Of a stretch of DNA of 64,000 bases, positions 62,755-64,000 are shown piece by piece; the stretch's first letter is position 1; every line of letters starts with the position of its first letter. The notes beneath the pieces were generated by a model, which made no database searches, was not told where the DNA came from, and saw only the letters and a list, made by a program, of their open reading frames with translations. Made by a program: the position numbers and the translations under genes. The stretch lies in contig NC_068984.1 in NCBI RefSeq assembly GCF_001194135.2, positions 66,453,950-66,517,949 of the forward strand. The letters run 5' to 3'. The stretch is from Octopus bimaculoides. Lineage: Eukaryota.

Positions 62755-63320
62755 GTAGGCAGCTGGAAGAAATACCTCAATTTATGTTATGAGTTCAAAT
62801 ACAGCTGAGAGCAACATTGCATTTTCACCTGTTTTAGGGTTGGTAAAAAATAAAAGTACCAGTAAAGTACTGGGATCACAGTAATTGACTCCTTTTTTTC
62901 CCCTCAAAACTGCTAACCTTGCACCAAAATTAGCATGCCAGACAAATTCCTTAGCAGTATTTCATCTGTTTTTGTGTTCCGAGGTCAAATTCTACCAAGA
63001 TAGACTTTGCCTTTCATCCTTACAGAGTCAATAAAATAAGTACCAGATGAATCAACTAACCCTGGCCCTTAAAATTTCAGGCCTTATTAAGATAGAGAGC
63101 TGGCAGAGTCATTAAGCATGTTGGGCAAAATGTTTACAGTATTTCTTCCAAGTCATTAAGATCTGAGTTCAAATTCTGCCAAAGTCAATTTCATCTTTCA
63201 TCCATTCAGAGTCAGTAAAAATAAGTACCAGTTGAACAACAGAGCATGGGAGGGGTCAATTTAATTGACTATCCACCTCCCACAACATTTCAGACCTTGT
63301 GCCTATAGTAGAAAGAAATG
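62755..63320 (+). mobile_element. Three head-to-tail SINE family D copies
   Basis: Units at about 62755-62935, 62935-63090 and 63093-63320. Confidence 0.8.
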
Positions 63321-63334
63321 TTATTACTATTAAA

Positions 63335-63935
63335 TGGTTTCTAATTTTGGTGCTAGGTCAGTAATATTGGTTGGAGCAGGGTTAGTTGATCACATTGAGC
63401 CCAATACTTAAATGTCCCTTTATTTTATTGATCCTCAAAGGATGGAAAGTAAAGTTGACCCCGACCAGTTTGGAGCTCAGAATGCCACTAATCATTTTGT
63501 CTGGCATGCTAACATTCTGCCAGCTTGCCCCCTTTATAATAATTTTAGCTCAAGGCCAGCAATTTCAGAGGTGATGGTTAAGTTGGTTACACCGATCCCA
63601 GAGATCAATTGGTACTTATTTTATCGACCCTAAAATGTGGAAAGGCAAAGTTAACCTCGGTGGCATTTGAACTCTGTATATAAAGCTGGAAGAAATGCAT
63701 GCTAACATTTCTGTAATCTTGTCACCTTAATAGTAATAATAGTGGTTTCAAATTTTTGGCACAAGGCCAGCAATTTGGGGGAGGGGTAAGTCAATTATAT
63801 TGACCCTGGTACTCAACTGGTATGTATTTTATCGACCCTGAAAGGATGAAAGGCAAATTCAACCTTATAGACATAGATGAAATGCCACAAAGCATTCTGC
63901 CTAGCATGCTAATAATTTTGCCAGTTTGCTGCCTT

Positions 63936-63937
<2 letters not shown>
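63335..63937 (-). mobile_element. Three head-to-tail SINE family D copies (followed on + by (TAA)n at 63938-63979)
   Basis: Units at about 63335-63532, 63540-63730 and 63745-63937. Confidence 0.85.
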
Positions 63938-63978
<41 letters not shown>

Positions 63979-64000
63979 GCCTCAAGGTCACAGTTTTAAA

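Overview
AT-rich animal genomic DNA with seven N gaps, saturated with microsatellites and interspersed repeats. The repeat repertoire (tRNA-headed SINEs with internal TA/TG microsatellites, RTE LINEs ending in (GAT)n, Penelope-like elements, R4/Dong, Helitron, hAT/mariner/piggyBac-like MITEs) looks like an octopus genome; this is inferred from memory, not from a search. I found no recognisable host protein-coding gene, rRNA or intact tRNA. Every protein-like ORF I can identify is a decayed transposon fragment, and only weak, unrecognised exon candidates remain. The region is intergenic or a very large intron. Most notable: (1) a ~228-nt tandem repeat at 33.8-34.8 kb in which each unit carries a type I hammerhead ribozyme, i.e. 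a retrozyme/ribozyme-satellite-like array; (2) four further hammerhead-like motifs, three in Penelope-type termini, one lying behind a tRNA-Ser-like Pol III module at the end of a GIY-YIG ORF; (3) an RTE ORF ending in three tandem C2H2 fingers; (4) a complete 654-bp Helitron retaining the PIF1 helicase C-terminus; (5) two 70-85-bp templated copies of neighbouring DNA. Repeat boundaries are read by eye and may be off by 10-20 bp.
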